64,000 nucleotides of DNA from Selenomonadales bacterium (GTDB lineage Bacteria; Bacillota; Negativicutes; Sporomusales; UBA7701): the NCBI GenBank assembly GCA_018434945.1, contig JAHDOI010000009.1, forward strand, positions 3,087 to 67,086, read 5' to 3'. A program made the translations under genes and the position numbers. Shown in pieces: positions 1 through 9,308 of the stretch. How positions within the stretch are numbered: the stretch's first letter is position 1; every line of letters begins with the position of its first letter. Under the pieces are notes generated by a model. The model was not told the origin of the DNA. It was given only the letters and a program-made list of their open reading frames with translations, and did no database searches.

Positions 1-532
1 GACCCTTCACGCACCCGCCGCCCTCAATAAACCCCAGACCTACGGCATGACCGCTCAGGACTTCGCCGGCACCACCGTCGCCGCCCCTGTCTTAACCTTC
101 ACCGACCGCATGGCTGTCGATCTTGGCGGCCAGCGGGTCGAACTTATCCACGTCGCCCCCTCCCACTCTCCCGGCAGCATCCTCGTCTATCTGCCGGACA
201 AGAAGATCCTGTTCGCCGGCGACGTCCTCTTCACAGGCTATCACGCCTTCGCCGGCGAGGGCGACATCGACGGCTGGCTCAAGACCCTCAACTACATCCT
301 TGATATGGACGTCGCGCTCATCATCCCCGGTCACGGTCCCGTCTCCTCCAAAAACGACGTCATCGCCATGAAAGAATACCTCACCATCCTCGACACCAAG
401 GCCAAGGAACTGTGCGCAACCTCCGACGATGTCGCCCACATAACTGCCGAACTGCTGAAAGCCCTCCCGCCGAGGGCCGAAGGCGCTCACCTCGTCCAGG
501 GCAACATCATCTATAAATACCTGAAAAAATAA
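1..532 (+). CDS. MBL-fold metallo-hydrolase, C-terminal part (5' truncated by window edge)
   Basis: Frame is open from the window start. MBL motifs SHSPG, LFAGD and IIPGHG are present; HxHxDH would lie upstream of the window. Confidence 0.85.
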   Translation, partial: TLHAPAALNKPQTYGMTAQDFAGTTVAAPVLTFTDRMAVDLGGQRVELIHVAPSHSPGSILVYLPDKKILFAGDVLFTGYHAFAGEGDIDGWLKTLNYILDMDVALIIPGHGPVSSKNDVIAMKEYLTILDTKAKELCATSDDVAHITAELLKALPPRAEGAHLVQGNIIYKYLKK

Positions 533-551
533 ACACCGGCTGTCTGGGACG

Positions 552-588
552 AAAAAAAGCAAGCGCCTGAGTAGGACGCTTGCTTTTT
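552..588. terminator. Bidirectional intrinsic terminator between convergent MBL gene and dut
   Basis: AAAAAGCAAGCG...CGCTTGCTTTTT inverted repeat with A/T tracts on both sides. Confidence 0.85.
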
Positions 589-608
589 GTGTTTTCTGAT
601 GACAGCCC

Positions 609-1055
609 TTATTTCCCGGTGCTTCCCAGGCCGCCTTCCCGGCCGGCCGAGGCCGTGTCGCCGTCGGCGCGCAGGTACTTGTAAAATATGCCCTGGGCGA
701 TGCGCTCCCCCTTGGCGACTTTCACAGGATCGCCGCCGTGGTTGAACACGCCGACCATGATATGGCCCTCGTTGCCGGGGTTGTCGTAATAATCGGCGTC
801 AATTATCCCCTGGCCGTTGACGAGGCTGAGGGCGTGCTTCACCGCCAGACCGGAGCGGATATGAATGCCGAGATACTCGTCCGGCTGCATGTAAGCTTTG
901 ATGCCTGTCGGAATGAGAGTGACCTTGCCGGACGGCAACAGGACGTCAGCGGCGGCCGTAATATCGTAGCCGGCGCTGGCGGCCGTCTTGCGCTCCGGGA
1001 GCGGCAGTCCCGAATCCTTATAGGCGGCGATAAACTCGAATCCGCGGTTTCTCAT
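609..1055 (-). CDS. dut: Trimeric dUTP diphosphatase
   Basis: Motifs SAGYD, RSG, GIIDADY and C-terminal REGGLGSTG. Confidence 0.93.
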   Translation of the reverse strand: MRNRGFEFIAAYKDSGLPLPERKTAASAGYDITAAADVLLPSGKVTLIPTGIKAYMQPDEYLGIHIRSGLAVKHALSLVNGQGIIDADYYDNPGNEGHIMVGVFNHGGDPVKVAKGERIAQGIFYKYLRADGDTASAGREGGLGSTGK

Positions 1056-1064
1056 CGCGCCGCC

Positions 1065-2318
1065 TCAGGCCAAAAGGCTCTTCGGCAGGGTGTTGTCCTT
1101 CACCGGTCCCAGCGCGGTAAAAGAAAGCTTCTCGGCGACGAAGACACTATCCATCATCCGCTGGAGGTCGTCCATCGAGACCGTCTCGATCTTGGCGACT
1201 ACCTCGTCGAGCGTTGTATACCTGCCCATCGTTATCTCCATCTTGCCCAGCCTCGACATGCGGCTGCTTGAGCTTTCCAGCCCGAGCAGCAGGTTGCCCT
1301 TAAGCTGCTCCTTGGTTTTGTTCAGTTCGGCGGCGCTCAGATCGCCGTTTTTCAACTGTTCGACATTTTCAAGGATCAGCTCGATGACCTGGTCGAGATT
1401 GGCCGGGCGGGTGCCGGCGTAAATGGTGAACAAACCGCAGTCGCTGTAATTGCTGAGGTATGAGTATATGGAGTACGCCAGGCCGCGTTCCTCGCGGATC
1501 GCCTGGAAGAGGCGCGACGAGATGCCGCCGCCGAGAATGTTGTTGAGGACATGGGCAACGTAGATATCGGGAGAATCCTGGGCGACGCCCGCCGTGCCGA
1601 GGCAGAAGTGTACCTGCTCGCTATCGCGGGCGTGCAGGCGGCGGGACGGCGTAAGCAGGGGCGGCTTAACCGCCCTGGTCCTCTTCCGGCCGGCAAAGCC
1701 GCCGAAAAACCTGCCGACAAGCTCCTCCACCCTGGCGTGGGTGAGGTTGCCGGCCGCAGCGATGACGATATTGTCGGGCCGGTAGAAATTGTCATAGTAC
1801 TCGCACACGAGATTGCGGTCGAAACGCCCGATGGCTTCGGTCGAGCCGAGGATGTTCCGGCCGAGCGGATGGTCGGGCCAGACGTTGTCCAGGTAGAAAT
1901 CGTGTACCAGCTCGTCGGGCGAGTCCTCGTACATATTAACTTCTTCCAGCACGACCTCCCGCTCGCGGGTTATATCCTCGGGAGCGTAGCGCGAAGACAG
2001 TATCATGTCGCTCAGGATGTCGAGCGCGAGGTCGAGGTGATTGTCCAGCACCTTGATATAGTAACAGGTGTATTCCTTGGCGGTGAACGCGTTGAGCTGA
2101 CCTCCCACGGCGTCGACGGTTTCCGCGATGTCTTTGGCAGAGCGGTTGGCGGTGCCCTTGAACATCAGATGCTCGATGAAGTGGCTGATACCGTGGTTGT
2201 GGTCCTCCTCGTTGCGGGAACCCGTCCCCACCCAAACGCCCACCGTCACCGATTTGACGTACGGAATTGCCTCGGATACAACCCTGATACCGTTGGGAAG
2301 TGTCGATTTTTGGTACAT
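1065..2318 (-). CDS. M16 (pitrilysin-family) zinc peptidase, MlpA/YmxG-like
   Basis: Inverted zinc motif HFIEH, NAFT, IREERGLAYS; syntenic position downstream of pnp-ylxY. Confidence 0.92.
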   Translation of the reverse strand: MYQKSTLPNGIRVVSEAIPYVKSVTVGVWVGTGSRNEEDHNHGISHFIEHLMFKGTANRSAKDIAETVDAVGGQLNAFTAKEYTCYYIKVLDNHLDLALDILSDMILSSRYAPEDITREREVVLEEVNMYEDSPDELVHDFYLDNVWPDHPLGRNILGSTEAIGRFDRNLVCEYYDNFYRPDNIVIAAAGNLTHARVEELVGRFFGGFAGRKRTRAVKPPLLTPSRRLHARDSEQVHFCLGTAGVAQDSPDIYVAHVLNNILGGGISSRLFQAIREERGLAYSIYSYLSNYSDCGLFTIYAGTRPANLDQVIELILENVEQLKNGDLSAAELNKTKEQLKGNLLLGLESSSSRMSRLGKMEITMGRYTTLDEVVAKIETVSMDDLQRMMDSVFVAEKLSFTALGPVKDNTLPKSLLA

Positions 2319-2353
2319 AGAACGCTCCTTTGTCTCGGCTATAAGCTATCCTT

Positions 2354-2382
2354 ATATTCGCGCGCTGTGTCGCAAATCCTGC
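2354..2382 (-). promoter_or_regulatory. SigH-like promoter for M16 peptidase-dut
   Basis: GCAGGATTT-N11-CGCGAATAT versus consensus RNAGGAWWW-N11/12-RNNGAATWW. Confidence 0.6.
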
Positions 2383-2435
2383 TTTCGGCCATTAATTATT
2401 ATAACTTTGTCCCCCGAATAAAAACCGGGTCTGGG

Positions 2436-2472
2436 AAAGAAAGACGCCCCCGCTCTTTGCGGAGGCGATTTT
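2436..2472 (-). terminator. Intrinsic terminator after amidase
   Basis: CGCCTCCGC/GCGGGGGCG stem followed by TCTTTCTTT. Confidence 0.7.
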
Positions 2473-2474
2473 TG

Positions 2475-3347
2475 TCAGTTGGCCTGGAAGTATTTCACGA
2501 TCCCCGTGAAAATACCCTGGGCTATTCGGTTGCGGTATGCGTCGTTCTGCAGCTTCGCAGCCTCGGCAGCGTTGGTCACGAAGCCCATCTCCACCAGGAT
2601 GCTGGGCATCGCCGTATTGCGCAGCACATAGAAGGTGGCGGGCTGGACGCCTTTGTTGACCGCAGACGTCTCGCGGATGATGCCGCTTTGCACTTCCAGG
2701 GCCAGCTTGGACGACTTGCCGCTGGGGAAAAAGGTCATCGCGCCGGCGATTGACGGATCGGGGTTCGAGTTGGAGTGGATGCTCACGAAAATATCGGCGT
2801 TGTTGCGTCCGGCGATATCCACCCTGGCCTGCAGTTCCTGGCCGAGCGAGCTTCCGGCCGTCGCCACATTGCGGTCGGTTTCCCTGGTCATAACCACCTT
2901 GGCGCCGGCCTGACGCAGCCTGTCGCGCAGCTTGAGGCTGACCGCCAGGTTGTTATCGCTCTCGCGCGTGCCGTTCGAGACCGCGCCCGGATTTGTGCCG
3001 CCGTGGCCGGGGTCGACCACGATCACCTTGCCGCGCAGCACGCCGCTGTCGATGACCGGTCCGCCGGAGGGCGGCGTCGGCGGCAGCTTCACGGGCGGGG
3101 GAGCAGTCGTTGTAGAGCCGCCGCCGAAGATATTGAGAATCGGTCCGAGGATTCTGTCGAACAGGAAACTGAAAATCGTATTCAGGATGCCGCCCCCCTC
3201 GGAGGTCGGCGCCGTCGGCGCGGCCAGGGCGCCTAAGACATCGCCCACTCCGGCCGCCTGGGTCACGGAAAGCGGGGCGAGGACGGTCATCACGACAGCC
3301 AGCAAAAGAATCCAGGTCATCAGCTTGTAGCGTTTCTTGTTATCCAC
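2475..3347 (-). CDS. Exported N-acetylmuramoyl-L-alanine amidase (Amidase_3)
   Basis: Signal-peptide-like N-terminus; zinc and catalytic residues in DPGHGG, RES, SIHSN and LVEMGF. Confidence 0.92.
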   Translation of the reverse strand: MDNKKRYKLMTWILLLAVVMTVLAPLSVTQAAGVGDVLGALAAPTAPTSEGGGILNTIFSFLFDRILGPILNIFGGGSTTTAPPPVKLPPTPPSGGPVIDSGVLRGKVIVVDPGHGGTNPGAVSNGTRESDNNLAVSLKLRDRLRQAGAKVVMTRETDRNVATAGSSLGQELQARVDIAGRNNADIFVSIHSNSNPDPSIAGAMTFFPSGKSSKLALEVQSGIIRETSAVNKGVQPATFYVLRNTAMPSILVEMGFVTNAAEAAKLQNDAYRNRIAQGIFTGIVKYFQAN

Positions 3348-3380
3348 TGTGGACCTCCTGTACTATTGTTGATGCCTCTC

Positions 3381-4589
3381 TCACTGATCGAACTTGTCCT
3401 TGACCGTCCGCCAGAGAGCCGGGTCTTCCTCGCCGAGCTTCCACAGAGCCGCGCCGGCGATATCGTATCTCTTCACGAGGTCCAACTTGTAAGCTGCGCT
3501 TCGGCTGTTTTCGAACCAAACGGTGTGGCTGACGCCGTCCGCCGCCGTGTAGCTGAAGAACGGCGACTTCGAGGCCTCGTCCCACTTCACCGTCGCGCCG
3601 TGCTTCTCCGCCAGCTTCATGATCGGCGCGTACTCGAGGCTTTCCACCCCTTTGCTGGACCAGTCGTAGCCGTAACCGGCCACGCCGAGGTACAGCTTGT
3701 TCTTGGGAATGAACTTGAGCGCGTATTTAAGACTGTTCTCCACCCAATTGATATCAGCTATCGGACCCGGACCGCTCCACATGCCGTGGTTATCGTACGT
3801 CATGATCACGATGCGGTCGGCGTACAGGGCAAGCTGGCCGTAATCGTAGGCCGCGGAGACATCGGTGTTCTCGTCCGTTTTCGGGAAAACGTCGATCGAC
3901 ACGATATAACCCTGCGGTTTCAGGCGCCCATACAGCTCCTTCATGAAAGCCGTCAGATTGTTGCGATCGCCGGCCGGCACCATCTCGAAGTCGATGTTGA
4001 CGCCGTCGAGCTTGTACTTCTTGATATAGGCCTCAAGATTGTCGATGGCCGTCTTGCGCAGCGCCGGGCTTGAAAGCATGGTGTGAACCGGCACGGTCGC
4101 GCCCGTCTGCTTGGCATTGTTGACAAGCAGCAGCACCTTGGTGTTGTTAGCGTGGGCGTACTTCACCACCGACGCGTGGTCGTTGCCGCCGCGGTCAGTG
4201 AGAGCGCCGTTAGCCTCGATAGTCGCCCAGAAAGGGATGATCGTCCTGATCGTATCGATATTCCTGGCCAGCGAAGTGTAGGACGACGTATCGGTCCCCC
4301 ACCACTCGGCGTAAAAACCCATCATCTCCTTGCCGCCTGTCAGCGTGCTAGGGAAACCGGGCTTGTCCCCCGGCGACGCATCGGAGCCGAATATATTGCC
4401 GAACATGCTGCCGAGCAGCAGCCCCAGCAGGATATTGAAAATCCCATTGCCGGAAGACTTATCGGCACCGGTGGTCTGTCCGGTAAGATCGCCCAGCGAA
4501 AACGCCTGAGCCGGCGCCACCGGCGCGAGGACGGCGGCGAACACGACGACAAGGGTGATCGCGGCGATATACTGCTTGTACTTGATCAT
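3381..4589 (-). CDS. Exported glycoside hydrolase family 18 (SleL/YaaH/YdhD-like catalytic domain)
   Basis: LDGVNIDFE (DxxNxDxE), IMTYD, LGVAGYGYDW, AALWKLGEED; N-terminal signal peptide ending AQA. Confidence 0.88.
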   Translation of the reverse strand: MIKYKQYIAAITLVVVFAAVLAPVAPAQAFSLGDLTGQTTGADKSSGNGIFNILLGLLLGSMFGNIFGSDASPGDKPGFPSTLTGGKEMMGFYAEWWGTDTSSYTSLARNIDTIRTIIPFWATIEANGALTDRGGNDHASVVKYAHANNTKVLLLVNNAKQTGATVPVHTMLSSPALRKTAIDNLEAYIKKYKLDGVNIDFEMVPAGDRNNLTAFMKELYGRLKPQGYIVSIDVFPKTDENTDVSAAYDYGQLALYADRIVIMTYDNHGMWSGPGPIADINWVENSLKYALKFIPKNKLYLGVAGYGYDWSSKGVESLEYAPIMKLAEKHGATVKWDEASKSPFFSYTAADGVSHTVWFENSRSAAYKLDLVKRYDIAGAALWKLGEEDPALWRTVKDKFDQ

Positions 4590-4666
4590 CTCGCTACCTC
4601 CCCATCAGACAATTAAAAGCGGCTACCCGGCAGCCTGACCGTCAGATAGCCACTTGTTATGTCAAC

Positions 4667-4696
4667 ATAGTAACACAATTGGGGGTCGGTAATCAA
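4667..4696 (-). promoter_or_regulatory. SigA-like promoter for GH18-amidase pair
   Basis: TTGATT-N18-TACTAT with extended -10 TG. Confidence 0.5.
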
Positions 4697-4872
4697 TAAC
4701 AATAACCGGTAATCGTATACTGGCGCTTATGCCCCTCCCCACCCGCCGCGCTGAACGCCAATGTTCCCAAGACGCGCGCAACCGGGCACGCAGCCGCTTC
4801 GCATTACCGCGCCTCCGGCATCGGAGAGTTCTAAATGGCTATAATAATTGGCGTTTGTATTCTGTGCATGCC

Positions 4873-5580
4873 TCATTCGAGTATATCAGAAACGGGTTTA
4901 ATCGTATACCCCTTTCCCTGCAGCCGGAAGATCAGCTCTGGCAGAGCCTGGGCGGTCGGCTCGGTCGGATGCATCAGAATGATGGCGCCATTATGGACTT
5001 TACCCAGCACACGGTTCAGAATGGTCTCGGCCGGTGGCCGTTTCCAGTCGACCGTATCCACGCTCCACAAGATCGTCTTGTAGCCGAGCCCGGCCGCAGC
5101 CGCCAGCACAGCGGTGTTGAACTCGCCGTACGGCGGCGCATAGAGTGTCGTCTTCACCCCCGTTAGCTCCTCGACCAGTTTTTCGGTGCGCAGAATCTGC
5201 TCCTGGTTCTGGGCGATGCCGAGCGTGTTCGGGTGCGGGTGGCTATAACTGTGGTTGCCAAGTTCGTGGCCGCGGACCGCCAGCTCCCGCACAAGGTCGG
5301 GATGGCGCTTCGCCCAGCTGCCGCCGATGAAGAACGTAGCTTTGACGCCCGCCCGGTCGAGTGTATCCAGCATCGCCGGCAGATACTCCTCGCCCCAGAA
5401 GATATTGCAGGCCAGGGCGACCTGAGGTTTGCCAGGATGGCCGTTATAAATCGGCCGCGGCGCGTTACGCTCGGCGACGATAAATTCCGCCAGAACCGGC
5501 AGCAGGCCGGCGAGCACGAAAATACCGGCGGCGAAACCCAGAAACCAACGGGGCGCGCGCCCGGCGAAAAATACCTGCAT
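4873..5580 (-). CDS. Polysaccharide deacetylase family protein, YlxY/SwsB-like
   Basis: NodB fold motifs ATFF, GHELGNHSYSH, APPYG, WSVDTVDW, ILMH; degenerate motif 1 (ACNIFWG); directly downstream of pnp. Confidence 0.88.
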   Translation of the reverse strand: MQVFFAGRAPRWFLGFAAGIFVLAGLLPVLAEFIVAERNAPRPIYNGHPGKPQVALACNIFWGEEYLPAMLDTLDRAGVKATFFIGGSWAKRHPDLVRELAVRGHELGNHSYSHPHPNTLGIAQNQEQILRTEKLVEELTGVKTTLYAPPYGEFNTAVLAAAAGLGYKTILWSVDTVDWKRPPAETILNRVLGKVHNGAIILMHPTEPTAQALPELIFRLQGKGYTIKPVSDILE

Positions 5581-5613
5581 CGACTATGTCACCCTCCTCC
5601 CCTCTCCTCCTAC

Positions 5614-5642
5614 AATCTATTAACCCGTCGTCAATTTCATGA
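5614..5642 (-). promoter_or_regulatory. SigE-like (mother-cell) promoter candidate
   Basis: TCATGAA-N14-AATAGATT resembles the SigE consensus with the correct spacing; the B. subtilis ortholog is SigE-dependent. Confidence 0.4.
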
Positions 5643-5680
5643 AAAAAAACCGCCCCGCCGGCGGCCCGGCAGGGCGGTTT
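5642..5680 (-). terminator. pnp intrinsic terminator
   Basis: AAACCGCCC/GGGCGGTTT stem with an 8-nt T tract on the minus strand. Confidence 0.88.
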
Positions 5681-5695
5681 ATGGTAACTACGCGG

Positions 5696-7795
5696 TTATT
5701 CGGGCTTGGCTTTCGCCGCTTCGCTCCGGAGCAGATCCTTGCGCGACAGGTTGATGCGGCCCTGGCGGTCGATCTCCGTGACCTTGACGAGGATTTCGTC
5801 GCCGATTTTGACGACATCCTCTACCTTGCCGACCCGTTCGAGGGCCAGCTGGGATATGTGCACCAGGCCTTCCTTGCCCGGGAGGATCTCGACGAATGCG
5901 CCGAAGTTCATCAGGCGGGTGACCTTGCCGAGATAGCTTGCGCCCACTTCCACGTCGCGGACGAGCGTTTCGATGATCGACACGGCCTTCTTGCCGGCTT
6001 CCTGGTCGACGGCCGCGATGTAAACCTTGCCGTCGTCCTCGATGTCGATGGTGACGCCTGTCTCCTCGATGATCTTCTTGATGATCTTGCCGCCTGGGCC
6101 GATGACGTCGCGGATCTTGTCTGGGTCGATCTGCAGCGTGATGATCCGCGGGGCGAACGGCGAAAGCTCGGGGCGCGGCTTGTCGATGGCCTCCAGCATC
6201 TTGCCGAGGATGTGCATACGGCCGCGGTAGGCCTGCTCGAGGGCGCTGTCCAGGATGGCGCGGTTGATGCCGTCGATCTTAATATCCATCTGGATAGCTG
6301 TGACGCCTTTTTCCGTCCCCGCCACCTTGAAGTCCATGTCGCCGAGGGCATCCTCCATCCCCTGGATATCGGTGAGGATGGTGAAATACTCGCCTTCCTT
6401 CACCAGGCCCATCGCCACGCCGGAGACCGGTGCCTTGATCGGTACGCCGGCGTCCATCAGCGACAGCGTGCTGCCGCAGACGCTGCCCATCGAGGTCGAG
6501 CCGTTGGACTCGATCGCCTCCGATACCAGCCGGAGCGTGTACGGGAATTCGGTTTCGGCCGGGATCATCGGCAGCAGGGCCCTTTCGGCCAGTGCGCCGT
6601 GGCCGATCTCACGCCGGCCGGGGCCGCGCATCGGCTTCGTTTCGCCGACGCTGTACGGCGGGAAATTGTAGTGATGGATATAACGCTTGTGGTCCTCCAC
6701 GCCGAGACCGTCAAGGAGCTGGTCCTCACTGAGCGCTCCGAGAGTGACGACGGTCAGGATCTGGGTCTGGCCGCGGGTGAACAGGCCGGAACCGTGGGTG
6801 CGCGGCAGCAGGCCGACCTCGCAGGTTATCGGCCGCACCTCGTCGAGTTTGCGTCCGTCGGGGCGGATCTTATCGATGGTAATCATCTTGCGGACGATTT
6901 CCTTGAGGATCTTGCCGATCATGTAGGAAACTTCCTTGGGATTGTCGGGGAAGATCTCCTTAAAGTGGGCGACCGCTGCGTCTTTGACCTTTTTGATCGC
7001 TTCCTCGCGGCTATGCTTGTCAGCATTGGCGACAGCCGTCTTCAAATCTTCGGTTACATAAGCGCGGACTGCCTCCGCTATCTCGGCAGGCACCTCGTAA
7101 CGCTTGAGCTCGCGCTTGGGTTTGCCGATCTGGCTCACGATCTCTTCCTGCATGGCGACGATCTCGCGGATGACGCCATGGCCGTGCATGATGGCATCGA
7201 GGATGACCGACTCAGGCACTTCGTTCGCGCCCGCCTCGACCATCATAACGGCATCCTTTGTGCCGGCGACAATCAGGTTGAGGTCGCTCTTGTCCTGTTC
7301 TTCGACGGAAGGATTGACGACGAATTGCCCGTCGACCAGGCCGATCCGCACGCCGGCGACCGGTCCGCCGAATGGAATATCTGATATGGCGAGGGCGCAG
7401 GACGCGCCGATCATCGCCGGCATATCGGGGGGGCAGTTATGGTCGACCGACAGAACGGTCGTTACCACATGGACGTCGTTGCGGAAGCTCTCGTCAAAGA
7501 GCGGACGGATGGTACGGTCGGTGAGACGGCCGGCCAGAATGGCGGCCTCGCTCGGACGGCCTTCGCGCTTGATGAAGCCGCCCGGAATCTTGCCGACAGC
7601 GTACATGCGCTCCTCATAGTCGACAGTCAGCGGGAAAAAATCGATGCCTTCGCGCGGTGATGCGGAAGCTGTCGCGGCGGCCAGCACCACGGTGTCGCCG
7701 TAACGGACCAGCACCGAACCGCTCGCCTGCTTGGCCATCTTGCCGGACTCGATGACAAGCGGCCGACCGCCAAGCTGCATTTGAAATGTGTGCAT
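5696..7795 (-). CDS. pnp: Polyribonucleotide nucleotidyltransferase
   Basis: [41 protein letters not shown]; KH and S1 domains. Confidence 0.99.
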   Translation of the reverse strand: MHTFQMQLGGRPLVIESGKMAKQASGSVLVRYGDTVVLAAATASASPREGIDFFPLTVDYEERMYAVGKIPGGFIKREGRPSEAAILAGRLTDRTIRPLFDESFRNDVHVVTTVLSVDHNCPPDMPAMIGASCALAISDIPFGGPVAGVRIGLVDGQFVVNPSVEEQDKSDLNLIVAGTKDAVMMVEAGANEVPESVILDAIMHGHGVIREIVAMQEEIVSQIGKPKRELKRYEVPAEIAEAVRAYVTEDLKTAVANADKHSREEAIKKVKDAAVAHFKEIFPDNPKEVSYMIGKILKEIVRKMITIDKIRPDGRKLDEVRPITCEVGLLPRTHGSGLFTRGQTQILTVVTLGALSEDQLLDGLGVEDHKRYIHHYNFPPYSVGETKPMRGPGRREIGHGALAERALLPMIPAETEFPYTLRLVSEAIESNGSTSMGSVCGSTLSLMDAGVPIKAPVSGVAMGLVKEGEYFTILTDIQGMEDALGDMDFKVAGTEKGVTAIQMDIKIDGINRAILDSALEQAYRGRMHILGKMLEAIDKPRPELSPFAPRIITLQIDPDKIRDVIGPGGKIIKKIIEETGVTIDIEDDGKVYIAAVDQEAGKKAVSIIETLVRDVEVGASYLGKVTRLMNFGAFVEILPGKEGLVHISQLALERVGKVEDVVKIGDEILVKVTEIDRQGRINLSRKDLLRSEAAKAKPE

Positions 7796-7845
7796 ATTCG
7801 GTTTTCCTCCTCTAAATCCCCTATTCTTCTTTTTCCAAAGGTAAA

Positions 7846-7874
7846 GTGTTCGACATTTTTTGTATTATTCCCTT
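7846..7874 (-). promoter_or_regulatory. SigH-like promoter for pnp (overlaps a TGTCGAA Spo0A-type box)
   Basis: AAGGGAATA-N11-GTCGAACAC. Confidence 0.5.
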
Positions 7875-7905
7875 TTTTCCAGGGCGTTAACCCTTAGGGA
7901 ATAAC

Positions 7906-7930
7906 AAAAAAGCGGGGGTAGCCCCGCTTT
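7906..7930 (-). terminator. rpsO intrinsic terminator
   Basis: AAAGCGGGG-N4-CCCCGCTTT followed by a T tract. Confidence 0.88.
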
Positions 7931-7933
7931 CCG

Positions 7934-8200
7934 TTATTTTCTGAGGTTGAGTTTTTCGAGGATGATGCGGTAGCGAGCAATGTCGTTGTCGCGCAGGTAG
8001 TTGAGAAGCCCCCGGCGCTGTCCGACCATTTTCAGAAGACCACGACGGGAGTGATGGTCTTTCTTGTGCTCCTTGAGATGTCCGGTGAGGTAGTTGATGC
8101 GCTCGGTGAGGATGGCGATCTGGACCTCAGGCGAACCGGTATCGCTTTCATGGACGCGATACTTCTCGATGAGCTGTTGCTTCTGTTCCGGTGTCAGCAT
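7934..8200 (-). CDS. rpsO: 30S ribosomal protein S15
   Basis: [25 protein letters not shown]. Confidence 0.99.
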   Translation of the reverse strand: MLTPEQKQQLIEKYRVHESDTGSPEVQIAILTERINYLTGHLKEHKKDHHSRRGLLKMVGQRRGLLNYLRDNDIARYRIILEKLNLRK

Positions 8201-8221
8201 GATATTCCCTCCTTTTTTCGC

Positions 8222-8279
8222 TGATCCCCAGTGGCCAAGATAATCGTCGGAGAGTCGAAAATCCTCGCCATGGTTCAGG
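8222..8279 (-). ncRNA. rpsO (S15) autoregulatory leader candidate
   Basis: TGAACCATGGCGAGGAT...ATCTTGGCCACTGGGGATCA pairing pattern directly upstream of the rpsO RBS, resembling Firmicute S15 leaders. Confidence 0.6.
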
Positions 8280-8333
8280 TGATATTATATCCAGCCTGAC
8301 GCGCATAATGCACGGAGGCTGGTTATCCTCTAT

Positions 8334-8362
8334 ATTCTACCATAAAGAGTACTGGCTGTAAA
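8334..8362 (-). promoter_or_regulatory. SigA promoter for rpsO
   Basis: TTTACA-N17-TAGAAT with extended TG. Confidence 0.75.
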
Positions 8363-8376
8363 CAAATCCGCGGCGG

Positions 8377-9297
8377 TTATTTGAAATACTGTTTCGCGTT
8401 GGCGATGTCGACAGCTATCTGGGATTTGAGCTCCTCGGCGCCGGCAAAGGTGCGTTCGTCGCGGAGCTTGGCGAGAAAATCGACCGCGATCTTACGGTTG
8501 TAGAGATTGCCTGAAAACCCGAGCAGATGGGCCTCGATATGGCGCGCTTTGCCCCTGAAGGTCGGGTTGCTGCCGATATTGGCAACACCGTGGAAACTTG
8601 TGCCGTCGAAGTGCACGTAAGTGGCGTACACGCCGTCGCCCGGAACGATCTGGCCGGCGGCGGCGGTGATATTCGCGGTCGGGAAGCCGAGGGTGCGTCC
8701 CCGCCCCTCTCCGTTGATCACCGTGCCGCTTACGCGGAACGGTCGCCCCAGCAGCGGCGCGGCCGCGGCCACATCGCCGGCGAGGATAAGCTGGCGGATG
8801 AGTGTGCTGCTGACAATCGTGCCTCCCATCGTCACAGCCTGAGGAACGATAACCTCGAAGCCGCGTTCGCGGCCGGCGAGGGTCAACATCTCAGGCGTGC
8901 CCGCGCCCCGGTGGCCGAAGGAATAATTCGGCCCGACGACGACGCATGCCGGCCGGAGGCTGTCCACCAACAAGTCGATGAAGGCGCCGGGTGAAAGCTC
9001 GAGGAGCGCGCGGTCAAAGGCGACAGACAGCAGAACGTCGGCGCCGAGGGCGGCGATCAGTTCTTCGCGGTAGGCGGCGGTTATGAGCAGAGGCGGGCTG
9101 CGGTCGGGATCGATAACCGACAGTGGGTGGTTGCTGAAAGTGAAAACGATGCTGGCGCCGCATGTTTTGCGGGCGCAGGCCGCTGCCGTGCGGATGATAT
9201 GCTGGTGGCCGACGTGGACGCCGTCAAATGTGCCCAGCGCCACAGCCGAATTGACAAACCGTCCGCGGATATCGGACAGTCGGGTAAAAACCTCCAT
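8377..9297 (-). CDS. ribF: Bifunctional riboflavin kinase/FAD synthetase
   Basis: GTFDGVHVGH, GRTLGFPTAN, NIGSNPTF, IEAH. Confidence 0.97.
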   Translation of the reverse strand: MEVFTRLSDIRGRFVNSAVALGTFDGVHVGHQHIIRTAAACARKTCGASIVFTFSNHPLSVIDPDRSPPLLITAAYREELIAALGADVLLSVAFDRALLELSPGAFIDLLVDSLRPACVVVGPNYSFGHRGAGTPEMLTLAGRERGFEVIVPQAVTMGGTIVSSTLIRQLILAGDVAAAAPLLGRPFRVSGTVINGEGRGRTLGFPTANITAAAGQIVPGDGVYATYVHFDGTSFHGVANIGSNPTFRGKARHIEAHLLGFSGNLYNRKIAVDFLAKLRDERTFAGAEELKSQIAVDIANAKQYFK

Positions 9298-9308
9298 AGC
9301 AAGCTCCT

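Noticed and set aside
4600-4870. ydaO (c-di-AMP) or c-di-GMP riboswitch, or a small ORF, upstream of the GH18 gene
   Set aside because: Conserved aptamer cores were not found on the coding strand. The only minus-strand mini-ORF seen (~25 aa) has no SD or recognisable features.
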